In this document: piece by piece, positions 42,388 through 55,533 of the stretch
How positions within the stretch are numbered: position 1 is the stretch's first letter
Layout of the letters: every line of letters begins with the position of its first letter
Source of the DNA: Balanoglossus misakiensis
Taxonomy: Eukaryota > Animalia > Hemichordata
Assembly: GCA_040954595.2 (NCBI GenBank)
Contig: CM082583.2
Coordinates: 2,613,060 to 2,677,059 of the forward strand
Direction: 5' to 3'
DNA: 64,000 bases
The notes under the pieces: generated by a model
Database searches by the model: none
Seen by the model: only the letters and a program-made list of their open reading frames with translations
What the model was told of the DNA's origin: nothing
Made by a program: the position numbers and the translations under genes

Positions 42388-42561
42388 ATATTAAAACAAT
42401 CTAGCCCCTACACCCCCACCAGCAATAGATGCAACCTATGTCTTTGGGAAAAATATTTCATCATATGCAAACGAAAACTAGCCACACTCAATAAACGTAA
42501 CGAACTCGTCAGCACATGCCGCCACTCCAGCAAATTCCTCCTGAAGAATCTGGCCAATTAA
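42388..42561 (+). pseudogene. Penelope GIY-YIG endonuclease C-terminal fragment
   Basis: 57 codons plus stop, containing [10 protein letters not shown] and [13 protein letters not shown]. Confidence 0.85.
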
Positions 42562-42670
42562 CACTCCTCCACACAGCCCCAATCAATACACACTCCCATT
42601 CAAATGTAGGCCATTTGCATATTCACCCTGCCCAGTATAAATTCCCTGTTGTCCACACCCTCCATCATTC

Positions 42671-42733
42671 AGGCATCAGTATCTGACGAGTGTAGGCCCC
42701 GCTTACACGAAACTGAACAGTAATACATCGCCT
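42671..42733 (+). ncRNA. Type I hammerhead ribozyme (Penelope-associated)
   Basis: Stem I GUAU(42679-82)/AUAC(42723-26), extendable by AGGC/GCCU. Core CUGACGA at 42683-89. Stem II GUGUAGGC-CCC-GCUUACAC. GAAA at 42709-12. Short stem III ACUG-AA-CAGU. GUA cleavage triplet at 42720-22. Confidence 0.85.
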
Positions 42734-43759
42734 ATGTCAAAACAGCCTTAGTTCCCTTGCACACTCTACTATCAAGCTCTGGATTTATACCATCGAGCAC
42801 TCTGCCAGCAGTACTTGCAACGAACTCCCAAAATCGTATATATATATTGTGGGGTTTAGCACTTTTACAATTTGATACAAGACCGTACGATAATTCTTGA
42901 AAGATCAAAGAGTCCGTCTTATATGTCGCATCCTTAATTAACTTGCGAGGATCCGTCTCTTTTTGCACTTATAAAATGTTTCCATTGAATTATTGATCCG
43001 ATTTTGCCCTCGTTGAATGCAATTGCAACTGTTTACTCGATTAAGCCAATAGATATGTTTCGGGTCTCTACAATGGACCAAGTTTCATAGCCAAAATATG
43101 GATACTATGTCCATAATGTACTTTCAAAATCGATCTTCTCTCGTTTTAAAATAACATACGCTATTTGTCTACGTTCATTCATTTGCGTTTTTAGATGTGA
43201 AAAATAATGTTTTCAGGTTATTTTTTTCTAAATATCAATTCACAATTATCAAAATCGTGCAAGCATTTAATTGTCTTTATTAATCGATCTCACCGACAGA
43301 AAAGAATCACCTAATCTTCTCTAAGAAGTGTTTTGTATGTGATTGCGTGTTGTCAATAATGATCTTTCTGATTTAAAGTGAAGGGAATTCATGATCTGAT
43401 TGTCCGATTGAATGTACCAGGCAAACCTATTTATCATGCTAATCTGCATGAATGCAGTTTTGGGTGGAAGGCTTGGGCCGTACTAAATCACCTGCTCGCA
43501 TTTCTTTGTATGCGCTCAGCAAACCTTTAGCGAAAGAAAATTACTTACAAGTTGGTGAACATTTTGTATACCATGTCCTCCATTAGGTTTATGAGAGCAT
43601 TTGACCTAGTAAGAGTAAACCGCGGCACAATTCTGCCAAATAATAAATCAATTTTGCACTTTAATTCAAAGAGAATTTTGAAAGAAATTGAACACGTTTT
43701 TTCGATATTAAAATAATTGAATCGGCTTGATAGTTACTTTTATGCATATCTGGAAATTA

Positions 43760-44651
43760 AACAAGTGACCTGTCGTTCAAAAGAGCTCTGCTGACTTTAA
43801 CAGTGTAACCTGGGCAATGATATGAATACCCTAGGTTTTAATTCACAACAATTGTATTCTATTGAACAAAACCAAACATAGACATCACAAGTATTTATCC
43901 AAATTCAGCTTGATTCATTGTGCTAAAGAAAGAAAGAATTGAATCCTAAAGAACAACATCAAAAGAAAGCACCAAGGTTCCAATTTGCATATTCATGACC
44001 CCATCAAAATTCCAATTAACAAAATCAGGTAGGGGCACCATAACACACATTCCTACCAAATTTCAGCTCCATCGTACGTGTAGTTAGGGAGAAGAAGATT
44101 TTTTACCAAAAATTTTATTTTTAGATCTAATTTGCATATTCATGACCCCATCAAATCCAAATTAACAAAATCAGGTAGGGGAACCATAACACACATTCCT
44201 ACCAAATTTCAGCTCCATTGTACATGTAGTTGTGAAGAAGAAGATTTTTAACCAAAACTTATATTTTTAGATATAATTTGCATATTCATGACCCCATCAA
44301 ATCCAAATTAACAAAATCAGGTAGGGGAACCATAACACACATTCCTACCAAATTTCAGCTCCATTGTACATGTAGTTGTGAAGAAGAAGATTTTTAACCA
44401 AAACTTATATTTTTAGATCTAATTTGCATATTCATGACCCCATCAAATCCAAATTAACAAAATCAGGTAAGGGCACCGTAACACACATTGCAACCAAATT
44501 TCAGCTAAATATGCCAAGTTGCTTTAAAGAAGAAGATTGAAATACCAAAAGTTGACGGACGACGGACGACAGACGACGGACGGACGATGGACGGACACTT
44601 ATCAACCTTCTGCTACAGCTCGGCTGACACAAGTGACAGCAGAGCTAAAAA
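43760..44651 (+). mobile_element. Helentron/HINE-like element containing a 146-bp tandem array
   Basis: The array is followed by a (GACG/GACGGAC)n microsatellite at 44553-44596 and the terminal hairpin AGCTCgGCTG..CAGCaGAGCT plus an A-run. The left boundary at AACAAG is uncertain. Confidence 0.7.
43982..44550. repeat. About 3.9 tandem copies of a 146-147-bp unit
   Basis: AATTTGCATATTCATGACCCCATCAAA starts at 43982, 44129, 44275 and 44421. Units 2 and 3 are nearly identical. Confidence 0.95.
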
Positions 44652-44769
44652 TATAGCGTCAAGGACACTGAGGTCCCACATGGGGGGTTACACAGAAATA
44701 GGAATACACCAGAAATAAAATCACAGGTGACATTGGCAAGCAGATATGACATAACTATAACAAAATTAA

Positions 44770-44953
44770 CTATGCCCAATCATGTGTTATTGTAATCATA
44801 CAAGCAATGCTAGAAAAAACTGACTTTTGACCAGAAACTGTTAAAGGGACAAAGTCACTCTCTCGCTGCCCTATGCCCAATCAAGTGCCACTGTAATCTT
44901 ATAAGCAATGCTAGAAAAAACTGACTTTTGACCAAAAACTCTCTCGCTGCCCT
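44770..44953. repeat. Tandem duplication, period about 101 bp
   Basis: CTATGCCCAATCA..TGTAATC..AAGCAATGCTAGAAAAAACTGACTTTTGACCA at 44770 and 44871. CTCTCTCGCTGCCCT also occurs twice. Confidence 0.85.
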
Positions 44954-47900
44954 TTTTCCATAAATTATGTTTGACACAAGACACCGATTATGTTAATATA
45001 CATGTGTGTATGTAGTGAATGAACGTTCAACTACACACAACTTCCATCCCACTTGTATAATATGAGAGTAAAATCTCGCCCAAAATGAATAAATGGTAGA
45101 GAACGAATATCCATTTTGGCGAGTTTTTTCACTCTTGTGTCTAGAAGCGGGATGGAATGTGTGTGTGGTCGAACGTTGATTCACTATATATCCACATCCA
45201 AATTTCCCTCCAATAAAATATAATTTTCAACAGTCACCAATTACCTTTCCTAATTGGCTATTTACTGAATGATATCTTATTTTCAAATCATTGAGGACGT
45301 GACTAAACAGGTTGTTTGGTGAAAAGTGTTGCAAATAAGACATCAAATCATGTCCAATAATCATTATCATTCAAGGTTAGCTAATTACCAAGTCCAAGAA
45401 AAAAGAAAAGATTACAATTTCAACAGGATCGTCTTGAACTTAGTGAGGAAGATGTGTCAGAGTGACAAAATTGCACTTGACAATTGACGCCGTGGGGAGG
45501 AACACCCCATCCCATCTCCCTGTGCCCCCTTTGTGGAAAGTAATGGGTATAGGAGCAGCGGCATGATTGAAACATCGAGACTTTGGGACTTCAAACTCTG
45601 TCAATGGTGAGCCTTGGGTATCTTCGCGACGGGCACATCTCTCCTACAATTGGTTGGTTTCTTTACATATATATTCCAAACATCACCAGCGACAGTTTGC
45701 ACTGGTAGCAACGGATTCTCGATCGACTTGCTACAAGTGACGCAGACATGAAAGATCGAGCAATGCCTGGTTCAGAAAATTGGGCTCATTGGAACACGTG
45801 TGGTTATAAATATTACAATCTCCGAGCACGACGACACGAACTGCGTTTGTGTTTGGAGTACTAAAAATGTCCATGATTAGTAAAACAACCTATACTTGTA
45901 TGGCAGAGTAAGTGGATAAACAGGCGCTCCGGGAGTCACTCTTTGCCCCTTCACGCATGCCGAATAAAATTATAACTAACTTAACGAATTTTTGGCAGAT
46001 TTTCACAGCTAGACTAAGCTTTTATCGTATGGAGAACATCTGTAGGTGAATACAGAGAGGGCCTGGTTCAGACCTGATGAGATTTGACATGTGACACGAA
46101 TAAGCGACACATTTAAGGCTATGACAAACAAAAACATACCAATTCATATTAGAATATGAAATCGGATATTTGAATAAAATGAAAACTTGGGAAACAATGG
46201 TATTGCAAATAGAGTTTGATGGAGAAAAGATTGAATGGCCTTAAATTGTCGTCCTCAGTGCAGTACATGTATATACCTATTTCTTACAATTCAATCTTAG
46301 ATGAAAGTTATAAACATAGACATTAATTATCCTAATTTGGAAATATTTTAAACATTGCAATTAGCCGATTTTCGGATTTCTTTTGGAGAGTACAAATTGG
46401 TTTATTGGTTAATCGAAATGTGGCACATTGTTGGTATACTTTTGCACCCATTATCAATTTGCATTTTACAGTGTTCGAACTGGAACCTACTGCACCGATT
46501 CATGAACCAAAGAAGTCAACTCACACGACTACTCAGCCGCGTTGCTCGGCCCAGGGAAATATATGCAACAGGATTACTTGAAGTGATGAATGTGTTTGAC
46601 TTTAAGTCTCTGTAATTGGTGACACCACATGTTGACACCTTGACACCACGTGGCATCAAGCCTTACGGACTTTAGCTTGTCATGACAAGGTACTTAATAA
46701 AATAGTCTGTCCTTTGAGATCAATATTAACGGAGTATTTTTGTTAAGAAGCTTGTTTAAAATATTAAATGGATATCATTGTTTCAATGTTAAAACGTGTG
46801 ATACGTTGCTGCGAATTATCCAGAGGTGATTTTCTCACACAGCGTCCTGCATGCTAAAGTTGTAATGTTCGATGTCGATCGTCGGTTGTATACATCTGAT
46901 ATCAAATATTAAATTGTAATTTATGGGACTTAACATAGCCTCATATTGATGGATGAATCATCCCAAACTAGAATTGATTAACAGAACATTTGCAGGGCGC
47001 AAACAATTTTCTTAAAGCATAAATAACCTTGCGTATCCAGCGACTCTTTCAACGGTGTTCATTTAAATATTAATACGACCAATATTTCAAAATCACGCGA
47101 TGTACAAGAAATGCAAATTTTCATTTAATCAGTGTACCTTTGTACGACTTTATCTTGACGGGCAAGCATTCGGTGGACAGTTTGAGTAACTGCGGTGGAA
47201 AATCATAGGAGCTCTTTCGTCCCAAACGTTTATCTGGTATCGTACATACATGTCGGTCTATTTAAAGCCCATTCATGACCAGTAAAGAAGTAATTTGATG
47301 GGCGGATATGCGACCTATATGCAGATTTGAAATCCACCTTGGCCATGAAAGAGCCAGGTTTACAGGCATCATGTAAGGTTTGACACGAGAAAGGCGATGC
47401 ACAGCAAAATCATTGATAGCTGACCCTGGAGACGACTAAAATCATGTATGAGGAGAACACCATCAGACTGTCGCTTGGGTATTGCTCCTATAACATTAAC
47501 AATGTGAGGATTAGGCCCCAAAAGGGTTTTCTTTAGCGTTCTCGCCCGTGTCGCAAACCCGGAAATTAAGGCAACTTGATGCGCGGGCGTCAGGCGGCCA
47601 TATTTGCATCGTCTTGAATTATTGTTAGCGACTGGAACCTGTAAATGGGACTAGATACCTTAGGATTCCTAATAAATAAATAATAAAGTAAATAAATAAG
47701 TTTAGAGTCCGTAGAAATATTATGCTTGAGTCTGTTAAAATAGTTGCGGGTTGCCAAATTTTGGCCATGTAGAAGTAGAGGACATTGTTCGTAACTATGT
47801 ACCGATTTTATGAAGACATATGTAAAGGAATGATCAGTTCTGGATACAGGTTTGTTTATAGATTGACTGCGTTTGTACGGAACGAATATAAATGTTCCAG

Positions 47901-49149
47901 AGAATTCCTTTGAATTAAAAACTCGAGGATTGCACCGCAAAACTGTGGCAAGTACATTAAATTTATCCCAATCACTGACAATATAAACAAAGCCTGATGT
48001 ATTGATAGTTATAAGACATCGACAAGTGTAGCCAAGGTTTACCCATTTGGATTGCCCGAACCGACGGATTGAACAGAGAAGCGCTATAATTAGATGGCTT
48101 CACAAGATCTCCATATAGCCTGGACAAACGAGCATTACTGAATACAACACGTGTACTATGAACGTAAAACAGGTGAAACGAAACTAACAAATGTCTGCCT
48201 GTTGGTTGTTTCCCAGAACAAGAAAAATAAAGGAAAGGGAGCCGTGTCCCTGTATCAATTTTGACATTTTGCTAGTACACTAAACAAAAATGTTAAGTGT
48301 ACTAGTAGGGGTAACCACATAACGCCCTTCTATAATTTCATCCGAAAATTGGCGTTCAATTTTATAACAATTATCAACATCCACATTCGACCTAATAGTT
48401 GTTTTCAATCCAAAATATCAGTTTGCAATCTCAGAGAGCTATGCATTGTAATTTAAGCTATGGGGGTAGTGCGGGGGGGGGGGGGGTGGCAGGTAATTTA
48501 GTCGGCTTATCATAATTTCATATTACCAAACCTGCAGGAAAACACATTTCTCCTTGTTAATATTCGCATATGGCCTTACTGGCTACTTCGTTTGCTATAA
48601 CTTTCTCTCTCTAGCGCAGAGATGACACATGTTGGGAGTCAGTACCCCAAAGGAAATGATACGCTGCCAGCAGCATACGATACTCCCTGCCATACAGTAG
48701 GACAGATGCCAAATCATATCTATCGGCCAACTGTGATCTAAAGAGATGTTGATCCGACGATTCGTAGCTTGGAATTTCGCGCCTTCTTACAAACTTGTTG
48801 CAGACTTTCGAGTGTGTAAACGACGTGGAGTTTCGTCGTGTACATCAAGACGTGTGTGGACTATCTACGTGTAATTTCCGACGCGTTTTCAAGAGTTAAA
48901 GTTTTATGTCAATAAAACAGTTCTATTTATGAACACTTTCAGCTGATTACAGTTTTGATAGTTCGACGCTGATATTTTTGTATCTTTTGTAGTGTGCATT
49001 TGATACTGACGTTGCAAGCTATCATACGATCCTTCATGTATGTTTTATTAAAAGTTGGTGTTTTAAAAACTGAGTTCGAGATAGCTGTTGATCAGCGCTA
49101 GCATTGCATGTGTCGCAATTGGTAATACAGAGTTTGTTCAATGTTACTT

Positions 49150-49427
49150 GGATCATGTCAATTGTACCGCCACTCGGCCTGGAGTTGGTATGTACCATTC
49201 TCTGGTGGCAAGGGTTGGGATTTGGGCTAGCGTTAGGGTTAGGGTCATGCCTTTATTTCGTATAATCTTATTTAAAAACCACAACTTGACTTCTTTTCAC
49301 GAAATGAAAACACTTAAGTTATTTTAATTAATACAGTCATAAGCCTAACGCTTACGCCAACCCTACCGTCATCGGAGAATGGTACAGTCCAGGTTGCAGT
49401 CGCGTGGCAGTACAGTTGACGTAATCC
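49150..49427. mobile_element. MITE with GG..CC TIRs and subterminal TTAGGG-like repeats, ISL2EU-like
   Basis: GGATCATGTCAATTGTACCGCCAC versus GTGGCAGTACAGTTGACGTAATCC (20/24 complementary). Inner arms TGTACCATTCTC / GAGAATGGTACA. GTTAGGGTTAGGG on the left and CCTAAC-like units on the right. TT on both flanks. Confidence 0.7.
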
Positions 49428-52400
49428 TTGCTCCGAACGCCGTGGCCCAGCTCGAGAAATTAATTTGGCTGAGTTTCCGTTCGGTCTTTATTCATACCGT
49501 TATGGGGAGTCGGTTACAAAGTCATGCATTAATCAGCACGATCCAGTATTTCTCTTCTGTGTATCAAATGCAATGTCTTGCATGTACACCAAACAACATG
49601 GTAATATTCCCAGTACTCTAGTTGTCTACATAGCCATTATGTTTGTAGCGAACTTTGTTATTGTTGACAAATGAATTCTAGTCCGGAGTTACATTCAAAT
49701 TTTACAAAACGTTTAGTTCTTTTAGGCTGTGGGGAGTATTTTGAAAACAACGACGAAATCAGAGTGTTAACAATCTTGTTTTCATATGAATCATTACCTT
49801 GAATAGATAAACACAGAGATTAGCGGCCATTTTGAATTCAGGCTATTTGGCTCTTTCGGTCAATTTTTCTTCTTTTTCGTTTATAGACCAGTTTGTCCAT
49901 AGAAAAAGTTGCCATATGGGTGTGTTTTCATCAATTTAGCACAGTATGTTTGATGTTTGATTTTCATCCATACACATGCATTTGCGACAGTTTGTTTTAA
50001 ATTAGTTGTAGCCTTGCTGCTGGGTTTCATTAACTACACTTATAAAATGTTTAAAGCACATGCTATTTCAATTAAATTAATGTAAGTTGCATCATATTTA
50101 TATCGATGAAAGCAAAGCAAATACAGGGGCTACATGTCAGTCAAAGAGAAATATGACGATATTGGCTACATAAGTTTCACCAAAGTTTATCATCAGATAT
50201 CACATTGCTAAAATAACATTAATTGAAATTGCTTACCAAGGACATAGTCTGATTGTTGCTCTGGCTTTTCAAACAGCTTGATCAATGTTAATATTGCACT
50301 GAGCTTAATCAAATACTCTGGTGGGAACATGAGAGAAAACGTTGCACGTTGATACTGCCTAAGTTACTTCCAGCACGAGTAAGAATGCAACATTGCCGTT
50401 GGCCGTACGTAATATGTAGATGATTTTCAATAGGTGAAAGTAATAATCGAGGTTGTATTCTTATTGAACAGAAGAATTGTAATGTACGTATCAGATCACG
50501 ACATGAATTGGCACGCACATATACATGTACACAGTAGTAATTAATTTAATGTACAAAAGTCCCTCTATCACATTTGAAAGGATGACTGTTTCTAGAAATG
50601 GCGAAGGTACAATCAATATAAGGGACTCCACAGTTTTTGGTCAGATGTGTACTGTGTACTCTGCCATGAGGTTGCCGCGCCGATTACGGCGATGTCTCCA
50701 CATGGGTTAATGGTAAGTGTAATTGTAATCACCATTCCTAGCTATTTGTGATTACGTAAAGATGGGACAAATGTCCTGAGAAATTGGTTAAATTACCGGG
50801 GTAAGCGGGAATCCCCTGGAAAGGCAATGTTCTAAAATCATATATCCATATATTTCAATATGGTCCAATACAATCATAGACTACATTGACAACGTACAAG
50901 ACAAAATGCCAGACAAGGAAAGTGCGAAATGCTGAAAATTGTTGTTTATTCTAGTCTCGAGCAGGATTCGATCTAACAATCGGTTTCGTTCTCAGAACGT
51001 ATTGCTATAGAAAATCGATCGCAGCTCACATTTCATTTAGGACGTGCATCCTCAAAACATGCATGGATGTCAGACATTCGGAGATGAGGGGAAACATCTC
51101 GCCGACTGTAAGTGATGCGCCAACGTGCCGTATTAAAGGATGTACGTTCAGTAAAATTGAAAGAATTGTCATTTATTTTAATTGTGGATTTTCCTTTTGA
51201 TATGTATAATGAAAATCCGTAATGAAATATAGGTGTTTGTTTATGAAATACAGAACTATGCAATACAGCCTTATCTATCGCAGAATTTATTTCCTTCCAA
51301 AGCAAAGAGAAAACTTTGGACTAGAGAACGATATGGAGGATGCTGTCAGACACATATCTTTATGTGCCTGATATTACAATCCACAAAGGAGCTGCCACCA
51401 ATTACGAGCACTCAATAACTTACAATACTACAGTAAACACGTAATGTGGTAAAACAATTTAGCAAATATAGATCATAATTACTGCGTTGAAATGTCGTGT
51501 CGTAAACCATCATGATTGTTATCAATTCATAGATAGCGACGACATTCATCAACCGTGCGTTTTGGAAACTAGTATAAGTCTACGTTTCCAAATAAAATTA
51601 AATTTACTATGTCCTTACCCACTGTAGACACTTATCAGTCCACTAATTTTAAAGTAGTGAACGCAGTACGTTATTCAGAATGGACAAAGTCAGAGTTGAC
51701 GGTAAAAATGCGATGCATGACGAAGATGTTTATAATATGAGAATGAGTAACATCAAGCAAACCTTAACAAATGTTCCAAGAAAGGAGATTTAGCAATTTT
51801 GCAACGTTGTTTCCCAGGTTTTGTAAAGCAAAACACCCATCATGTCACAGAAATATAATGCCAGTTTGGTCTAAAACATTACACGTTATTCTGTTAATGT
51901 AACAATGATGCAACAAACTAATGTCTTTCAACAAGAATTTTGTGACGCGGACAATATATGAATAATTCATTCGATTTTTGGGGGGACAGGGTGAAAATAA
52001 TTTATTTGATGTTATTAGAGTACGTTGTTGATCATTTTGTTGTATTCGAAACGAGAATTAGTGGACATACATCAACAACTTCAACTTCAAGAATAGAACA
52101 CAATAATCATCAGTCATCTCGAATGTAGATTCTCATCAACAACTTCTTTTATTAAGAGGAGATGGTAACATAAATCAAGGTACAAAAGACCCAGCAACAT
52201 GTACAATCCATCTGTATAAGAGAAATGCGTAGACGGTTTTGTTGGGATTACTTCACAGCTTGTCGATGCATCATTGCAAACGTGTCACAAAGTAATCATA
52301 GCTTCGTGGAAAGCACATCCGATGGCAATTATTCAACTGAAAGTGAAGTTATTACAAACAACAATAACACAGCAGCTGTCCAGCTGATTTCTAATTTCCT

Positions 52401-53225
52401 GGAACATTGTAATACCATTCAGTTTGGAATGCCACAGATGAAACGCTCAAACCTTGTACTCTACAACACATTTGACTTTTATTCCAATTGACTTACTTCT
52501 TAGGATTATATTGGCTCGCCAAAGTACACGCATCCTATATTATCACGTTAATGAGAAAAATTGTCAAGGCTAATCCCCCCCCCCACATCACACAGTACAT
52601 CGTAGATATATTCTAATCTAAAATTATGACGATCACATTCACATCATTTCCTCGGTGGCAGTTATAGCACACATATATCAATGTGTTGTTTGTAGTAATA
52701 AACGTGTAACAAGTGAGTTTCGTGCATTTCACGATGCAGTCACCAAGCAACTACCATTTCAACCAGGACATCTACCACGCACTCAATTCGTCTTACTTCT
52801 GATCAGGGGTACCCCGTGGAGAGATTCATAACAGCCATTTGAATTATGACTATAAAACTTCACCTAAAACGTCTTTCTTTCTTTTCTAATTTAGTGATAA
52901 ATTTCCGACATTATTGCACTCTGATGAAACGTGGCATAGATAAGGATGTTAATTTTACATAGCATTGACTCGACCGATTTTGTTCATGCCTGCTTATCTG
53001 CATATTGAACAAATTTGTAAAATTATCCGTATCTTTATCTTCATTTACTGCACAGCTTACATAATGGAAACTAATTGCATTGAAAGACAGTGGCAAGCCT
53101 CATAACAAGTTTCTGTCTTTACGAAACCTGGTAAGCACATTCTGTTCATGTCTGGTTCTAACAGTTTGTATTAATTTATGTGATAAGTACATTGTTAACG
53201 AGCTACTAGCTGACAAAATATAAAA

Positions 53226-53279
53226 GACAGACAGACAGAAAGACAGACAGGCAGACAGACAGAAAGAAAGACAGACAGA
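53226..53279. repeat. Imperfect (GACA)n microsatellite
   Basis: GACA/GAAA tetranucleotide run. Confidence 0.9.
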
Positions 53280-53818
53280 ACACATGCCAGACATTCTGTT
53301 TGAGAGCATTGACTCTGAAATACATCAAATGTACAAGATATGCATCTTAGACTGAATGATAAGCCGAGTAAAACGTGTTCTGTATTGATAAATATACAGT
53401 TCACACTCTGACGAGTATAACAAGGATTTCTTGCTGTTTCCAATTTTTGACTGATAGACCAAACAGAAACACTGAGGAAGTTTATGATTCATTTTACCTC
53501 AGAGTCAACTGTTTGACTTTACTGATACGTGAAGTCACTCATCATTAATTTTGTGTCGTCAGCCACATTGCAACAGTACATGCGCGAGTGTATTATCGAC
53601 ATACTGCATGATCGATGTCGCCCGACACTTTGCTTGAGCTAAGGATATACTGACAGGTCATAGTGTTCGGCCAACTTGAAACGTCCAAATTGAAAAGAAT
53701 AATTTACTGCATGTAATTGCATATGTGCATGTTTGCAATGCCGTATTTTGTCCACCTCTGTAAAATGTGTATCGGTGTTTATCGTACGCGAGCGCACATT
53801 GAATCTATAAAATTTAAA

Positions 53819-53946
53819 TAATGTCATACTACCGTTCGTCATTCTGATTGAACGAGAGCTCAATTTATACTCTTTTAGCACGGCTAGCAGTGGTAAAACG
53901 GGCCTCTGAACTAGTATGCATCGGGGAAAATGTGGGGTTAAACCAA
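53819..53946 (-). repeat. Dispersed repeat fragment, copy 2 of 7563-7703
   Basis: The reverse complement aligns with 7563-7703 but lacks one arm of the internal hairpin. Confidence 0.75.
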
Positions 53947-55533
53947 ATGAACGAAGCAAAACCACTGTTTAATTCACTGAAGTTTTATTGTGGAACTGCT
54001 CTATGAGAATATTTGACACTTCGCCATGTGCGATGCCTGTCTTGTCACTTACATGTATTACCGTCTACTTCATGTATAATGCTCGATCTTGGGCATTCGT
54101 GTTTACATTCATCGACGCGAGCTTGGTTCAATTCGTAGCATCATTTTGACACCATTTTGTTAGGAAAATGACACTGATATGCCATAAAGTCATTGTTGAT
54201 ATACATGTAATATACATTGTAATAGCAATAACGCCGACCGCAGTCGTCTATACACAATTGTACAAATAACCACAGCAGCATTGTTTTCTACCAACAACAC
54301 ATCATTTCAAAACTAAACCAAACCAAAATGCTGGAAGCTCACTTCAATGTTTGCAATGAGACCTGAATATCTGCACAGACAACTGCCACTCTAATGGTGC
54401 AATGTACGTAATGCGACTACGTCATCCAACCGACCACATGATGCATGTTATAGGGGTGAACATCTAGGACGAGGAGTCAGCCAGCCAAGTGCTCCATACA
54501 TACTGACATATACGAATTGTGGAACTGACATGACTGTCTTAAGTTTAATAGGACCATGCCAATTTTTAACAATACTTGTATATCCACAGTTGATGATTCC
54601 ATTAAATCTGTAACGCGCCGTGAAGGATAGTTACGGTTGCGGAGCCCTCCGATTTTCATATTCGGGTGGTTATGTGACATCTAAGGTTGTGACATCTGAT
54701 AGGCAACATTATCAATATTGATGACTATACTAGATTGATAGACAATGGAGGTCATAATAATATAGGTAGACAGGAGAAGTTTGACGGATGGTTATGTTGG
54801 TCAGGCAAAATGTGAATCTTCAATCACTCTTCCATAATTCCCCAGTTAAACACTCTTGTAAAACATGGCGGCTCGAAATAAAGGGGAAGCCAAGGAGGAC
54901 ATACAACTGCAAATGAACACAGCGTGCACTCGCAGGAATCATGTCCCATCAAACCTTGAACTTTATGGTTGATAAACCGCAGGAGGCTTCTCCATGGGTA
55001 AGACATTAATATATTGATTCGAAATACAAAAGGTAAATGGTTTTACGAGCAGTAAACGCTTGCGGCGAGTCCTTGGGGGAATTCCAACATTGTAAACGTC
55101 TGATTTAAGCCAAAGAAACATTCATTTTCGAAGCTTTATCCTGTTTTCTATGAACAAAGTGTGTTCAAGTATGTATGATCGGTAAAGGCAAAAATATTGT
55201 CTTTGCTTTTAATTGTTGATATTTCGAATATCTTTTGTGAATGGTAGCAACAACCGTGCTAAAATATAAGGATCTCCGTGCTCTATATTGGTAAATATAA
55301 AGATGTACAAATACAGAGCTCGAGTCATAGCGTATTCCACCAATGGTTTTTCTATGGGCAAAACAAGTAGTCATAGTACCCATCTGATTGCAATCACCCA
55401 TTTAATGTAATTTATTTTAACTAAGAGGTCTGCAAGTTGTCAGTGAATGACAATAGTGGAATTGAGATTCCAGCAGTTCTCAATGTTTTTACGGAATAGA
55501 CCAATTCCTCGATTTCATAGTGCGTGTTTATTA

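Larger units (their letters stand above)
42183..42835 (+). mobile_element. Rearranged Penelope-like retroelement fragment (GIY-YIG remnant and pLTR) flanked by (TA)n
   Basis: Minus strand 42387-42238 reads [50 protein letters not shown]. Plus strand 42388-42561 reads [57 protein letters not shown]. Together they form one PLE GIY-YIG C-terminus split by an inversion. 42183-42237 is an inverted copy of 42717-42772. TA runs at about 42176-42185 and 42836-42847. Confidence 0.9.

Noticed and set aside
43982-44550. CRISPR-like array
   Set aside because: Whole units repeat with no unique spacers, there are no cas genes, and the context is eukaryotic.
46074-46110. Further hammerhead cores (CTGATGA here, also at 21533 and CTGACGA at 53408)
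   Set aside because: No convincing stem II followed by GAAA and no closing stems I and III.
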